Of a stretch of DNA of 64,000 nt, positions 50,955-62,735 are shown in pieces. Positions within the stretch are counted from its first letter, which is position 1; every line of letters starts with the position of its first letter. Source of the stretch: Malacoraja senta. Taxonomy: Eukaryota. The stretch is taken from positions 40,238,001 through 40,302,000 of the forward strand of contig CM075981.1 of the NCBI GenBank assembly GCA_038087875.1, given 5' to 3'. Made by a program: the position numbers and the translations under genes. The notes under the pieces are model-generated. The model was not told where the DNA came from. It worked only from the letters and a program-made list of their open reading frames with translations, and did not search any database.

Positions 50955-53900
50955 ATCAAATAGAGGGACTCAAATAGAGAAAGCGAGTAGAAAATGTGGG
51001 AGGCAGGAGGCAGAGAAGGGAAGCACTCGGACCCAAAATGTAGGGGAGAAAGAAGAAAAAGATAATAAACAGAGAATAAGTAGTGGTGGGTTTCTTAAAT
51101 GTGTATATTTTAATGCTAGGAGCATTGTAAGAAAGGTGGATGAGCTTAGAGCCTGGATTGACACCTGGAAGTATGATGTTGTGGCGATCAGTGAAACATG
51201 GTTGCAGGAGGGCTGTGATTGGAAACTAAATATTCCAGGATTTCGTTGCTTCAGGGGTGATAGAATTGGAGGGGCAAGAGGTGGGGGTGTTGCATTACTT
51301 GTCAAGGAAGATATTACAGCAGTGCTTTGGCAGGATAGATTAGAGGGCTCGTCTAGGGAGGCTATTTGGGTGGAATTGAGAAATGGGAAAGGTGTAACAA
51401 CACTTATAGGGGTGTATTATAGACCGCCTAATGGGGAGCGAGAATTGGAAGAGCAAATATGTAAGGAGATAGCAGATATTAGTAGTAAGCACAAGGTAGT
51501 GATTGTGGGAGATTTCAATTTTCCACACAGACTGGGAAACACATTCTGTAAAAGGGCTGGATGGTTTGGAGTTTGTAAAATGTGTGCAGGATAGTTTTTT
51601 GCAGCAATACATAGAGGTACCTATTAGAGAAGGGGCAGTGCTGGACCTCCTGTTAGGAAATGAGACAGGGCAGGTGGCGGAGGTATACGTTGGGGAGCAC
51701 TTCAGGTCCAGTGATCACAATACCATTAGTTTCAATATAATTATGGAGAGGGTCAGAACTGGACCTAGGGTTGAGATTTTTGATTGGAGAAAGGCTAACT
51801 TTGAGGAGATGCGAAAGGATTTAAAAGGAGTGAATTGGGACATATTGTTTTATGGGAAGGATGTAGAAGAGAAATGGAGGACATTTAAGGGTGAAATTTT
51901 AAGAGTACAGAATCTTTATGTCCCTGTTCAGTTGAAAGGAAATAGTAAAAATTGGAAAGAGCCATGGTTTTCAAGGGAAATTGGACACTTGGTTCGGAAA
52001 AAGAGAGAGATCTACAATAATTATAGGCAGCGGAGTAAATGAGGTGCTTGAGGAGTATAAAGAATGTAAAAAGAATATTAAGAAAGAAATTAGAAAAGCT
52101 AAAAGAAGATATGAGGTTGCTTTGGCAAGTAATATCTCCCCCCTGCCAAAAGAGGGGGGAGATATTGAACGATTTCTTTTCTTCGGTATTCACCAAGGAG
52201 AAGGATATTGAATTATGTGAGGTCAGGGAAACAAGCAGAGTAGAAATGGAAACTATGAGATTCAAAGAAGAGGAGGTGCGGACACGTTTGAAAAATATGA
52301 AAACGGATAAGTCTCCAGGTCCTGACAGGATATTCCCATGGACATTGAGGGAAGTTAGTGTAGAAATAGCAGGGGCTATGACAGAAATATTTCAAATGTC
52401 ATTAGAAACGGGAAGGGTGCCGGAGGATTGGCGTACTGCGCATGTTGTTCCGTTGTTTAAAAAGGGTTCTATGAGTAAACCTAGCAATTATAGACCTGTT
52501 AGTTTGACGTCGGTGGTGGGCAAATTAATGGAAAGGATACTTAGAGATAATATATATAAGCATCTGGATAAGCAGGGTCTGATTAGGAACAGTCAACATG
52601 GATTTGTGCCTGGAAGGTCATGTTTGACTAATCTTCTTGAATTTTTCGAAGAGGTTACTAGGGAAATATGAGGGTAAAGCAGTGGATGTTATCCATATGG
52701 ACTTCAGTAAGGCCTTTGACAAGGTTCCTCATGGAAGGTTGTTTAAGAAGATTCAATTGTTGGGTATTAATGGTAGAGTAGCAAGATAGATTCAACAGTG
52801 GCTGAATGGGAGATGCCAGAGAGTAATGGTGGATGGCTGTTTGTCAGGTTGGAGGCCAGTGACTAGTGGGGTGCCTCAGGGGTCTGTGTTGGGTCCACTG
52901 TTGTTTGTCATGTACATCAATGATCTGGATGATGGTGTGGAAAATTGGATTAGTAAGTATGCAGATGATACTAAGATAGGTGGTGTTGTGGATAATTAAG
53001 TAGATTTTCAGTCTACAGAGAGATTTAGGCCATTTGGAAGAGTGGGCTGAAAGATGGCAGATGGAGTTTAATGCTGATAAATGTGAAGTGCTACATCTTG
53101 GCAGGACAAATCAAAATAGGACGTACATGGTAAATGGTAGCGAATTGAGGAATGCAGTTGAACAGAGGGATCTAGGAATAACTGTGCATAGTTCCCTGAA
53201 GGTGGAATCTCATGTAGATAGGGTGGTAAAGAAAGCTTTTGGTGTGCTGGCCTTTATAAATCAGAGCATTGAATATAGAAGTTGGGATGTAATGTTAAAA
53301 TTGTACAAGGCATTGGTGAGGCCAATTCTGGAGTATGGAGTACAATTTTGGTCGCCTAATTATAGGAAGGATGTCAACAAAATAGAGAGAGTACAGAGGA
53401 GATTTACTAGAATGTTGCCTGGGTTTCAGCAACTAAGTTACAGAGAAAGGTTGAACAAGTTAGGTCTTTATTCTTTGGAGCGCAGAAGGTTAAGAGGGGA
53501 TTTGATAGAGGTCTTTAAAATGATGAGCGGGTTAGACAGAGTTGACATGGATAAGCTTTTCCCATTGAGAGTAGAGAAGTTTCAAACAAGGGGACATGAC
53601 TTGAGAATTAAGGGGCAGAAGTTTAGGGGTAACATTAGGGGGAACTTCTTTACTCAGAGAGTGGTAGCTGTGTGGAATGAGCTTCCAGTGGAAGTGGTGG
53701 AGGCAGGTTCGATTTTATCCTTTAAAAATAGATTGGATAGGTATATGGACGGGAAAGGAATTGAGGGTTATGGTCTGAGGCAGGTAGATGGGACTAGGGG
53801 GAAGAAAGAAGGGGGGGGGGAAAAGAAGGAAAAAAAAGTGTTGGGCACGGACTTGAAGGGCCGAGATGGCCTGTTTCCGTGCTGTAATGGTTATATGGTT
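50955..53900 (+). mobile_element. CR1 LINE, near-complete ORF2 (APE endonuclease plus reverse transcriptase), disabled
   Basis: [70 protein letters not shown] at 52958; several frameshifts and stops; (ATGGTT) tail. Confidence 0.95.
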
Positions 53901-54365
53901 ATCCTCCGCCGCTGTAGGCCACGCGTGGTCCACGCGCTGGAACAGTGCTCGGTCCAGTCAAGACCCAACAAATATCTTGCTTGCCTATATCTATATTCCA
54001 CACATGGTTACGAATGCAGCATAGCAGCACATATTTATCCAGCTTCCAGTCCATATATATACAGCTGATCACTGTAAGCATAGTCCCTATAAACCCCATA
54101 CATATTAGGCACATAAATAACTTGCTTAAATAAGCCATCATGCATTAATAGCTCTTCTGTGTTACTTTACAAGGCAATATTGTTGATTTCCGTCTAAATC
54201 CAGGTCAGCCACTACCTTCGCCACCTCCTGAGAGTAAACTTAATCCATTTGCATAGCTTCTAATCAGCTTTTACTTTAAAACTATTCTAACTAAAATCAA
54301 TTAAAAAGACTATTTTCATTTGGAAAGATGACCACTTCGCTGTCCCCTGATTCTTGTACCGGATG

Positions 54366-54598
54366 TGTAGGAGGGAACTGCAGATGCTGGTTTAAACCGA
54401 AGATAGACATAAAAAGCTGGAATAACTAAGCGGCTCAGACAGTATCTCTGGAGAAAAAGAATAGGTGATATTTTGGTTCTAGACCCCTCTTCAGACCGCC
54501 TGAGTCTGAAGAAGGGTCACGACACGAAACGTCAACCATTCCTTTTCTCCAGAGATGCTGTCTGACCCGCTGAGTTACTGCAGCTTTTTGTGTCTATC
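54366..54598. mobile_element. Palindromic PLE terminal insertion with 15-bp target duplication
   Basis: TTCTTGTACC(G/A)GATG at 54351-54365 and 54599-54613. Confidence 0.8.
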
Positions 54599-54970
54599 TT
54601 CTTGTACCAGATGGTTTGGTATTGTAACTGTATCTGGAGACCAGCCTGAGTACCTTTTGAAACCAATTAGAATCCCTGCAGTTTATTTGTTGTTTCCCCC
54701 TTCATATTGTAGACAGGTTGTGAGGAAACTGCTGCTAACCTGAAAGTGAGGTGGAGCAGAAGTGTAAATCGCAGCAGGCCAATGTAAAGGGTGCGGGCAG
54801 AACATCCATGGCTTAATCAGCAAAATAGCATCACAACAGCATGGAAACAGGCCCTTCAGCCCAACTTGCCCATGCCGTCCAAGATGTCGCACGTCACACC
54901 TTCCTGCATTTAGCCCATTTCCCTCCAAATCTTTGCTATCCATGCACCTGTCCAAATGTCTTTTAAATGT

Positions 54971-55167
54971 AGACAAAAATGCTGGAGAAACTCAGCGGGT
55001 GCGGCAGCATCTATGGAGCGAAGAAAATAGGTAACGTTTCGGGCCGAAGGATTTCGGCCAGAAACGTTACCTATTTCCTTCGCTCCATAGATGCTGCCGC
55101 ACCCGCTGAGTTTCTCCAGCATTTTTGTCTACCTTCGATTTTCCAGCATCTGCAGTTCCTTCTTGAA
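54971..55167. mobile_element. Palindromic PLE terminal insertion (subfamily B) with 18-bp target duplication
   Basis: ~80-bp inverted arms; CAAATGTCTTTTAAATGT at 54953-54970 and 55168-55185. Confidence 0.88.
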
Positions 55168-55194
55168 CAAATGTCTTTTAAATGTTGTTAAGAA

Positions 55195-55505
55195 ACGTTT
55201 TGGGTTGAGACAATTTTTTCAGGCTGAGGCTCAGGGGAGAGGGCAACGAGATATGGAAGGGTACAAAGAACATGTAAGGTGCAAAAAGAACAGATCAAAG
55301 CAGATGATGATCAAGGAGATGTAGAACTCGTTGTTGGATGAGTGGATGGTGACAACGTGGCATACAAACAGTAAAATTAATCAGGAGGCCAGTGAAACTA
55401 GGAGAACTAGGGTTGGAGAGGGACGGAGAGAGAGGGAAAGCAAGGGATACATGTAGTTTGAGAAATTAATATTCATACTGCTGGGCTGTAAACTGCCCAA
55501 GCAGC
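55195..55505 (-). mobile_element. Penelope-like pLTR fragment
   Basis: Homologous to 7036-7700 and 18430-18660. Confidence 0.7.
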
Positions 55506-57113
55506 TTATTCAATACCTGACTGGTATAAGCCAATGTGCCAAAAGCCTTCTTGACCACACTATCTACCTGTGATGCAACTCTCAAGGAACTATGGAGCTG
55601 GATGCCTAGATCCCTCTGCTATACATTTTGCCAGTATTGTTTGCATGTGCGGTGCCAATGTTGAAGCTGATGTCTGGAAAGATATTCCAGCCAGGGCACT
55701 TGCTCAAGGGCACTTGGGCAACTGTTCAATCAGTGACAATTCAGACTTGGTGTGATCTGCTGAGAGCTCTCACTTTATGCATTGATAGACAGGATTCTAT
55801 GTTTTTACAATTTGGGCTCTGCTGTGTTTTTTTTTGCCATTGCATGTTACACATTCTGCATATCTTTTCGAAGAGCAGTCAGTGATTAAAATATTTTCTC
55901 TTGAGTCCAACGCCTCTCTGATTTCATTTCTCTCTTTCACTGTCTTTGTTTCAATATTGAAACAAGCTGGAATTATTCTGGGTTTCTTAAAAATGAAATA
56001 TCAAACTCGCATCAAAGAAGATTGAATTTGAAGTTTGAAGATTACATGTTTGAAACATTGAATGTGAAACATTAAGTCATTGAGTGTTTTGGAAATGTTG
56101 GCATTTTTTCTGGAGAAAATAATACTTTAAAAAGTTTTCATATTTTGAAACACTTTTCAGGCTTATCCAAATCACTAGATAGACACAAAATGCTGGAGTA
56201 TCTCAGCGGGACAGGCAGCATCTCTGGATGGGAGACCCTTCTTCAGATACACTGATTGTTACCGACTGTTATTGGTTTCCTTCTCCATTGAATCATCCTG
56301 GTCATCGTATCTTGGATCACACTTTTCCTTTTATTTTGACTTTCAATGGCCTTTGGAACTCACTCTTCATTCGTGGATAAATCCCTGGGATCCTCTCTGG
56401 AGAAAATAGATTGGATAGGTATATGGACGGGAAAGGAATTGAGGGTTATGGTCTGAGTGCAGGTAGATGGGACTAGGGGGAAGAAAGAAGGGGGGGGAAA
56501 AAAAGAAGGAAAAAAAAAGTGTTGGGCACGGACTCACCAAATACCCCATCTACATACCTCACCAAATTTATGTTAAAAGAAACATCTCAAAACATATCTG
56601 TTTATGTTCATTTCCTGACTCATTCCAATCCTCGTGTTTTGCTTTTGGGGCCACTTTCTACATGAAAGATGCTGTTAAAACAGCAAATAGCATCCTATAG
56701 GCAGGGGCTATCGCAACGTTTTAAGAAATAATTGGACAGGTACATGGATAGGACAGGCTTAGAGTGATATGTGGCAAACACAGGCAGGTGGGGCTAGTGT
56801 AGCTGGACAGTTGTGCCGGGGCCGGTTTCCATGCTGTTAGACTCTGACGAAAACGTATGCTCAATTACTCAGTAACAATTTAAGACAAGGACAGTGCTGA
56901 CAAATAAAGACAATCTATTAATATTTATTGAACTAACTAAGCAACAAGAGGACATTGAATCCTCACTGTTTGCTGCTCTCAATTTGTTATAAGTGAACAA
57001 ATTGAGAGAATTCCAGAAGACATTGATTGCCATCAAATAGCATTGACTCTGTGTCAATTGACCGTTTAAATATTTGGACTAGAGTGGAGGGGAGGTTAAT
57101 GGGAGACTGCTGC

Positions 57114-57421
57114 TTTAGTTTAGTTTAGAGATACAGCGTGGAAACAGGCCCTTCGGCCCACCAAGTCCACACCGACCAGCGATCCCCGCACATTAATACT
57201 ATCCTACACACACTAGGGACAATTTACACTTATACCAAGCCAATTAACCTACGTCTTTGGAGTGTGGGAGGAAACCGAATATCTCGGAGAAAACCCACCC
57301 GGTCACGGGGAGAACGTACAAACTCCCTACAGACAGCACCCGTAGTTGGGATCGAACCGGGGTCTCTGGCGCTGTAAGCGCTGTAAGGCAGCAACTCTAC
57401 CGCTGCTCCACCGTGCCGCCC
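57114..57421 (-). mobile_element. tRNA-derived V-type SINE
   Basis: Homologous to 33125-33422; B box GGTTCGATCC on minus. Confidence 0.85.
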
Positions 57422-58254
57422 TGTTTCAGATTACTACAATCTGCAGCTTTTATACATGTTCATTCACCGTAAAGATACTGGGATAGAAGGGTTAAATTGT
57501 GACAATGTATTGCACTGAACAGAGTTCCATTTCCTTGCCTGTGGAAAATTAAAGTTTTATCTAATTGAGATGATTAAGATGATTAAAGGATTTAGAACAC
57601 GAGATAAAGAGAAACTATTTCCTCTGCTGGGAGAAGGCAGAACAAGGAGGAGTGACTTTAAAGTTAGAACTTGACTATTCGGGTGGTATTAGATTATATT
57701 TTGTTGTCCCAAGATTGATATCAGTTTGCAACTCTGTCCTCTTAAAGACACTTAAGATGTAAATGAAAAATTTAAACTGGGATTGAAATATTGTTGTTAG
57801 CTAATCTATTCATGGATTTGGAATCCGGATTCCTCTCGCATTCCAAAGATGTGCTGGTTTGTAGGTTAATTTGCTTCTGTAAATTGTCCATATTGTGTAA
57901 TATAGAACTAGCGTATGGGGATTGCTAGCTGGCACGGACTTGGTGGGCTGAAGGGCCTGTTCCCACGCTGTATCTCTAAACAAAATTCTGGAGGGCATAA
58001 CTTAAAGGTGAGGGGGCAAAGTTTACAGGAGATGTGCAGGGCACGGTTTTTAACACAGAGAGTGGTGGGTGCCAAGTATGTGGAGGCAGATACAATAGTA
58101 GCATTTCAGAGACTTTTGGGTAAGCACATGGATATGCAGGGAATGGAGAGATATGGAGAGTTGGTCTTGGCATCAAGTCCGGCACAGACATTGTGGGCCG
58201 AAAGGCCTATTCTCATGCTGTATTTGTTCTACATTTTGTGTTGATTTTTGTACT

Positions 58255-59340
58255 AGAGGCCTGTGACTAGTGGTGTGCCTCGCGGATCGGTGCTGGGCCC
58301 ATTGCTGTTTTGTGGTTCATGTCAAGGATTTGGATGAGAATGTACAAGACATTAGTACGTTTGCAGATGACACTAAAGTCAGGGGATCGTAAACAGTGAG
58401 GATGCTCAGCACAAATTACAGCAGGATCTTCATCAGCTGGACATGTGGGCCTTGGAATAGTTAATAGAGTTTAATGCAGTGTGAGGTGTTGCATTTTGGG
58501 AAATCAAAGCAAGGCAGGACCAAAGATCCTATAGCAAGCAAGATAGATCACTCGACGAAAAAGAAGTAGTACGGTCATTGGCAGATTCATGGGTAATTTT
58601 CGGCCCCATTTCCGTAACCGGCTTCCGTCTCTGCACCAAAGATCCCATAGCGGAGCTAGTGCGGAGAGGGAAGCCGGTTACGGAAACTTCCTCGTAAAAA
58701 TAAAAGTTATTTGGTTAAAATCATCTCCTCATTTTCAGAATTTTAATTTATTAACACAAACTGTTCGCCCGCAACGTTGATTACACTGCGAGTCGGGTCG
58801 GGTCGGGTTGGGTTACGGAAATGGATGAACCATATCAAATGCCCTTGGAAAACTTTTTGGATACTTCTTTAGTTATACAACACGTTGATGAGGCCTAATT
58901 TGGAGCATTGTGTTCAGAAGAATGTCAATAAACTGGCAAGATTGAAGAGAAGACTTGGGAGTTTGAGCTACAGGGAGAGGTAGGCCAAGCTAGGACTTTA
59001 TTCCTTGGAGTGAACGAGGATTGATCTTATAGAGGTGTATAAAATCATGAGTGGAGTAGGGTGAACACACATTCTTTTACCCAGAGCAAGGGAGTCATGA
59101 AACAGAGGACATCGGCTTAGGTTGAGATGGGAAAGATTTAATGGGAACCTGAGAGGCACCTTTTACACACAGTGGATAATGGGTACATGTATCGAGGTGC
59201 CAGAGGAGATAGTTGAGACAGTTACTATAACAGCATTTAAAGGACATTTGGACAGGTACATGGACAGGAAAGGTTTAGAGGGATATGGGGCAAATGTAGG
59301 CAAGTGCGATGAGAGTAGATGGGGGCATCCTGATTGGCAT
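58255..59340 (+). mobile_element. Degenerate CR1 RT and 3' fragments, interrupted at ~58520-58830
   Basis: [13 protein letters not shown] and FADDTKV motifs. Confidence 0.7.
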
Positions 59341-59364
59341 GAACCAGTAAAAGACTGCATTCAC

Positions 59365-60380
59365 TATATTACATCCCCTCATGATCTTGGGCACCTCAAT
59401 AAATCACACTTCAGCCTCCTGTGCTCCAATTAATAAAGTCCTAGCTTGCTAAATTTCTCCCTATAGCTCATGCCCTTGAGTTCTGGCAACATCTTCGTAA
59501 ATCTTCTCTGCACTCTGCCCAGCTTAATGACATCCTTCCTATAGCAGAGTGGCCAAAACTGAACATGATACTCCAAATGCAGACTCAGCAATGTCTTATA
59601 CATCTGTAGTTCCTTCCTATAAATCTTTGTTGTAAACCAGCATCTGCAGTTCCTTCCTGAAACGTCACCCTTTCCTTCTCTACAGAAATACTGCCTGCCC
59701 TGCTGAGTTTCTCCAGCATTTTGTGTCTATTTTTGGTGTAAACCAGCATTTGTAGTTCCTTCTTAAACGTCCCAACTTCTTTACTCAATACCATGACTGA
59801 TGAAGGCCAATGTAACAAAACCCTTCTTTACCCCTGTTACCACATTCAAAGAACTGTGCACCCATACTCCTAGATCCCTCTGTTTTACAACACTTGCCAA
59901 GGCCCTACTAAGGCCTTCATGGTTTGACATCCCAAAATGGAACACCTCACACTTACCTGCATTGAACTCCATTTATCATTCTTCTGCTGCATTGTACAGC
60001 TGATTAAAATCTTACTGTAATTTTTGATAACCATTTTCACTGTCTATGCTGCCGCCAACTTTGGTGTTCAATGTAAACTTACAAATCATGCCATACACAC
60101 TCTCATCTGAATTGTGCATTTAAACGACAAGCAACAAATAGGTCCAGCACCCATCACTGAGGTACGCCACCCGTCATAGGTCTCCAGTCCGAAAAACGAC
60201 ATTTCACCACTACCCTCTGCATTCTTCCATGTAGCCAATTCATGTATTCGGCATCTAGCTTTCCCTGCGATCTAACGTTCCCGGGCAGCCTACCATATCA
60301 AAGCCTTACTAAAGTCCCTATAGACAGATTTAGGGCCTTGCCCATATCAAACTTCTTGGCTACTTCTTCAAAAAGCTCAA
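59365..60380 (-). mobile_element. Degenerate CR1 RT fragment with nested PLE ends (59600-59765)
   Basis: MEFNAGKCEVFHFG..QRDLGVWVHSSL. Confidence 0.72.
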
Positions 60381-60479
60381 AATTGGTGCATTAGTTTGGG
60401 AATGCTAGATATTCTAAGCAACTGTTACTTTTTTTGTTCTTATCCTATGTTCTGAGCATAGCTTGCATCATTTTAGGTA

Positions 60480-60784
60480 TTTTAGTTGAGAGATACAATG
60501 TGAAGCAGGCCCTTCAGCCCAGCGAGTCCGCGCCGACCAGCGATCCCCGTACACAAGCACTATCCTACACACACGCTGGGGTCAATTTACAACTTGACCA
60601 AGCCAATTAGCCTACAAACCTGTACGTCTTTGGAATGTGGGAGGAAGCCAGAGATTCTAGAGAAAACCCATGCAGATCACGGGGAGAACGTACAAACTAC
60701 ATACAGACAAGCACCTATAGTCAGGATCGAACCCGGGTCTCTGGCGCTGTAAAGCAGCAACTCTACCGCTGCGCCACCGTCCCG
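60480..60784 (-). mobile_element. tRNA-derived V-type SINE
   Basis: Homologous to 33125-33422. Confidence 0.85.
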
Positions 60785-61809
60785 TCGTAATGATATATTT
60801 GGTATGTATGCTGTGCATGTATGAATGTAAACATCCTATCTTTCCCTCACATAATTTCTTGACTTTCATCTGAATGCAATTAATAATGGGTGGAGATTGT
60901 TTACTCTAGACTCAAGGAGCCATGAGTTGCAAGTTCAAGCACTCCCTGCATATTCTCTTCTTGTATCTTCTTGTGTTTTTTCCTTATTTTTTCCTTTGTC
61001 CTAAAATCTTTTAAAAATATGTTTTGTCTTTTTAGTACCTATCATTGAGTCACTTAATTCTCACTTAATTCAGGAAGAGAGTGGGGAGATTTTATGTGTT
61101 CTTTGTCTGACCTGGGAATTTTTCCTTGTGCGTCTCAGAATGGGGAATTTGCCAGGGTATTTCCCTTTACAGTTTGGGCTATGAATCTGAGCAGAGATCA
61201 GCCGAAAGCTGGTGCTTGTTACTGAATTTACAGTAGATTGTGCAAGCTGCACAGGTTTTGTTCCCCACATCCTACCAGCTGATCACTGAGGAATTTGTAA
61301 TCATTTGATGAACATGGAACAGAAACTGCAGCAGCGGTTGCCAGTTTCAGGTGGAAAGATGGTGTAAAACATCAAAGTGCAGCGGTATGTTCACTTTGGA
61401 GAGAACTGTATTGGCAGTTGTGAAGACTCAGAAGAATGAACATACCATTTTTGAAAAGATATTTAAAAACTTGATGTTTTTCATTTAACAAAATAGGCAA
61501 CGGTCCATGAGAGGAATAGATTAAATCTCAGCTTTGAAAAGGGAGCTAGATGAATATCTGAAAAAGAAAACATTTCGGGATTTCGGAGAAAGTGCAAGGG
61601 GGAGAGGAACTAATATGATTTTCTGAATCCAGTCTGAAGAAGGATCTCGACCTGAAATGTCACCCATTCTTTCTCTCCAGAGATGTTGCCTGTCCCGCTG
61701 AGTTACTCCAGCATTTTGTGTCTATCTTTGATTTGTACCTGTTATTGCTATGTATCACATTTGTTGCACTTCTCAGGATTGAAGCGATTGGAATCTGGGT
61801 TGCTCAGTT

Positions 61810-62735
61810 TATGTTCATAAGTGATAGGAGCACAATTAGGCCATTCGGCTCATCAAGTCTACTCCGCTATTCAATCATGGCTGATCTATCTTAACCCCAT
61901 TCTCCTGCCTTTTCTCCATAACCCCTGACACCCGTACAGATCAATAATCTAAGTTAGCCTTAAAAATATCCGTTGACGGCCTCCACAGCCTTCTGTAACA
62001 ATGAATTCCACAGATTCACCACCCTCTGACTAAAGAAATCCCCCCTCATCTCCTGCTTACAGGAACATCCTTTAAATCTGAGGCTTTGCCCTCGGGTCCT
62101 AGACTCAATCATTTGCAGTTCCAGGATATTGCTACAGCAGATACTTGAGCACTGGAAAGCAGGATCTGCACGGGTTGTATGACAGTTCAGAACCTCAGCT
62201 GAAATCTCAGAAAACTGTGCCCACCGACAGTTGCAAAAATTAATTTTTTATTCAAGGTGCAGAAAACATTCACAAGGATGTCAGAGCTCGATGCCTGAGC
62301 TTTAGGGAGAGGTTGAGCAAGTTGGGGCTATATTGTTTGGAATGCAGGAAGATGAGGGATGATCTTATTGAGGTGTATAAGATCATGAGAGGAATCGATC
62401 GGGTAGAGGCACAGAGTCTACTACCCAAAGTAGGAGAATTGAGAACCAGAGGACATAGGTTTAAGTGAGGGGGGAATGATTTAATAGGAACCCGAGGGGT
62501 AACTTTTTTACACTAAGGGTGGTGGGTGTGTGGAATGAGCTGTCAGAGGATGCAGTTGAGGCAGGAACCATCACAACATTTAAGAAACATTTAGACAGGT
62601 ACATGGATAGGACAGGTTTAGAGGGATATATGGGCCAAACCAGGCAGGTGGAACTAGTGCAGATGGGACAGGTTGGTCGGTGTGGGCAAGTTGGGCCGAA
62701 GGGCCTGTTTCCGCACTCTATCATTCTATGGCTCT
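61810..62735. mobile_element. CR1 3' fragments (- 61810-62105, + 62255-62735)
   Basis: VGVWNELSEDAVEAGTITTFKKHLDRYMD and CR1 3' UTRs. Confidence 0.75.

Noticed and set aside
50899-54068. Functional reverse transcriptase gene
   Set aside because: Multiple frameshifts, stops and an internal deletion; no ORF1 or promoter.
54910-55191. Near-identical ORFs on both strands; miRNA precursor or DNA-transposon MITE
   Set aside because: Explained by an inverted PLE terminus; the 18-bp TSD and one-sided tail do not fit a cut-and-paste MITE.
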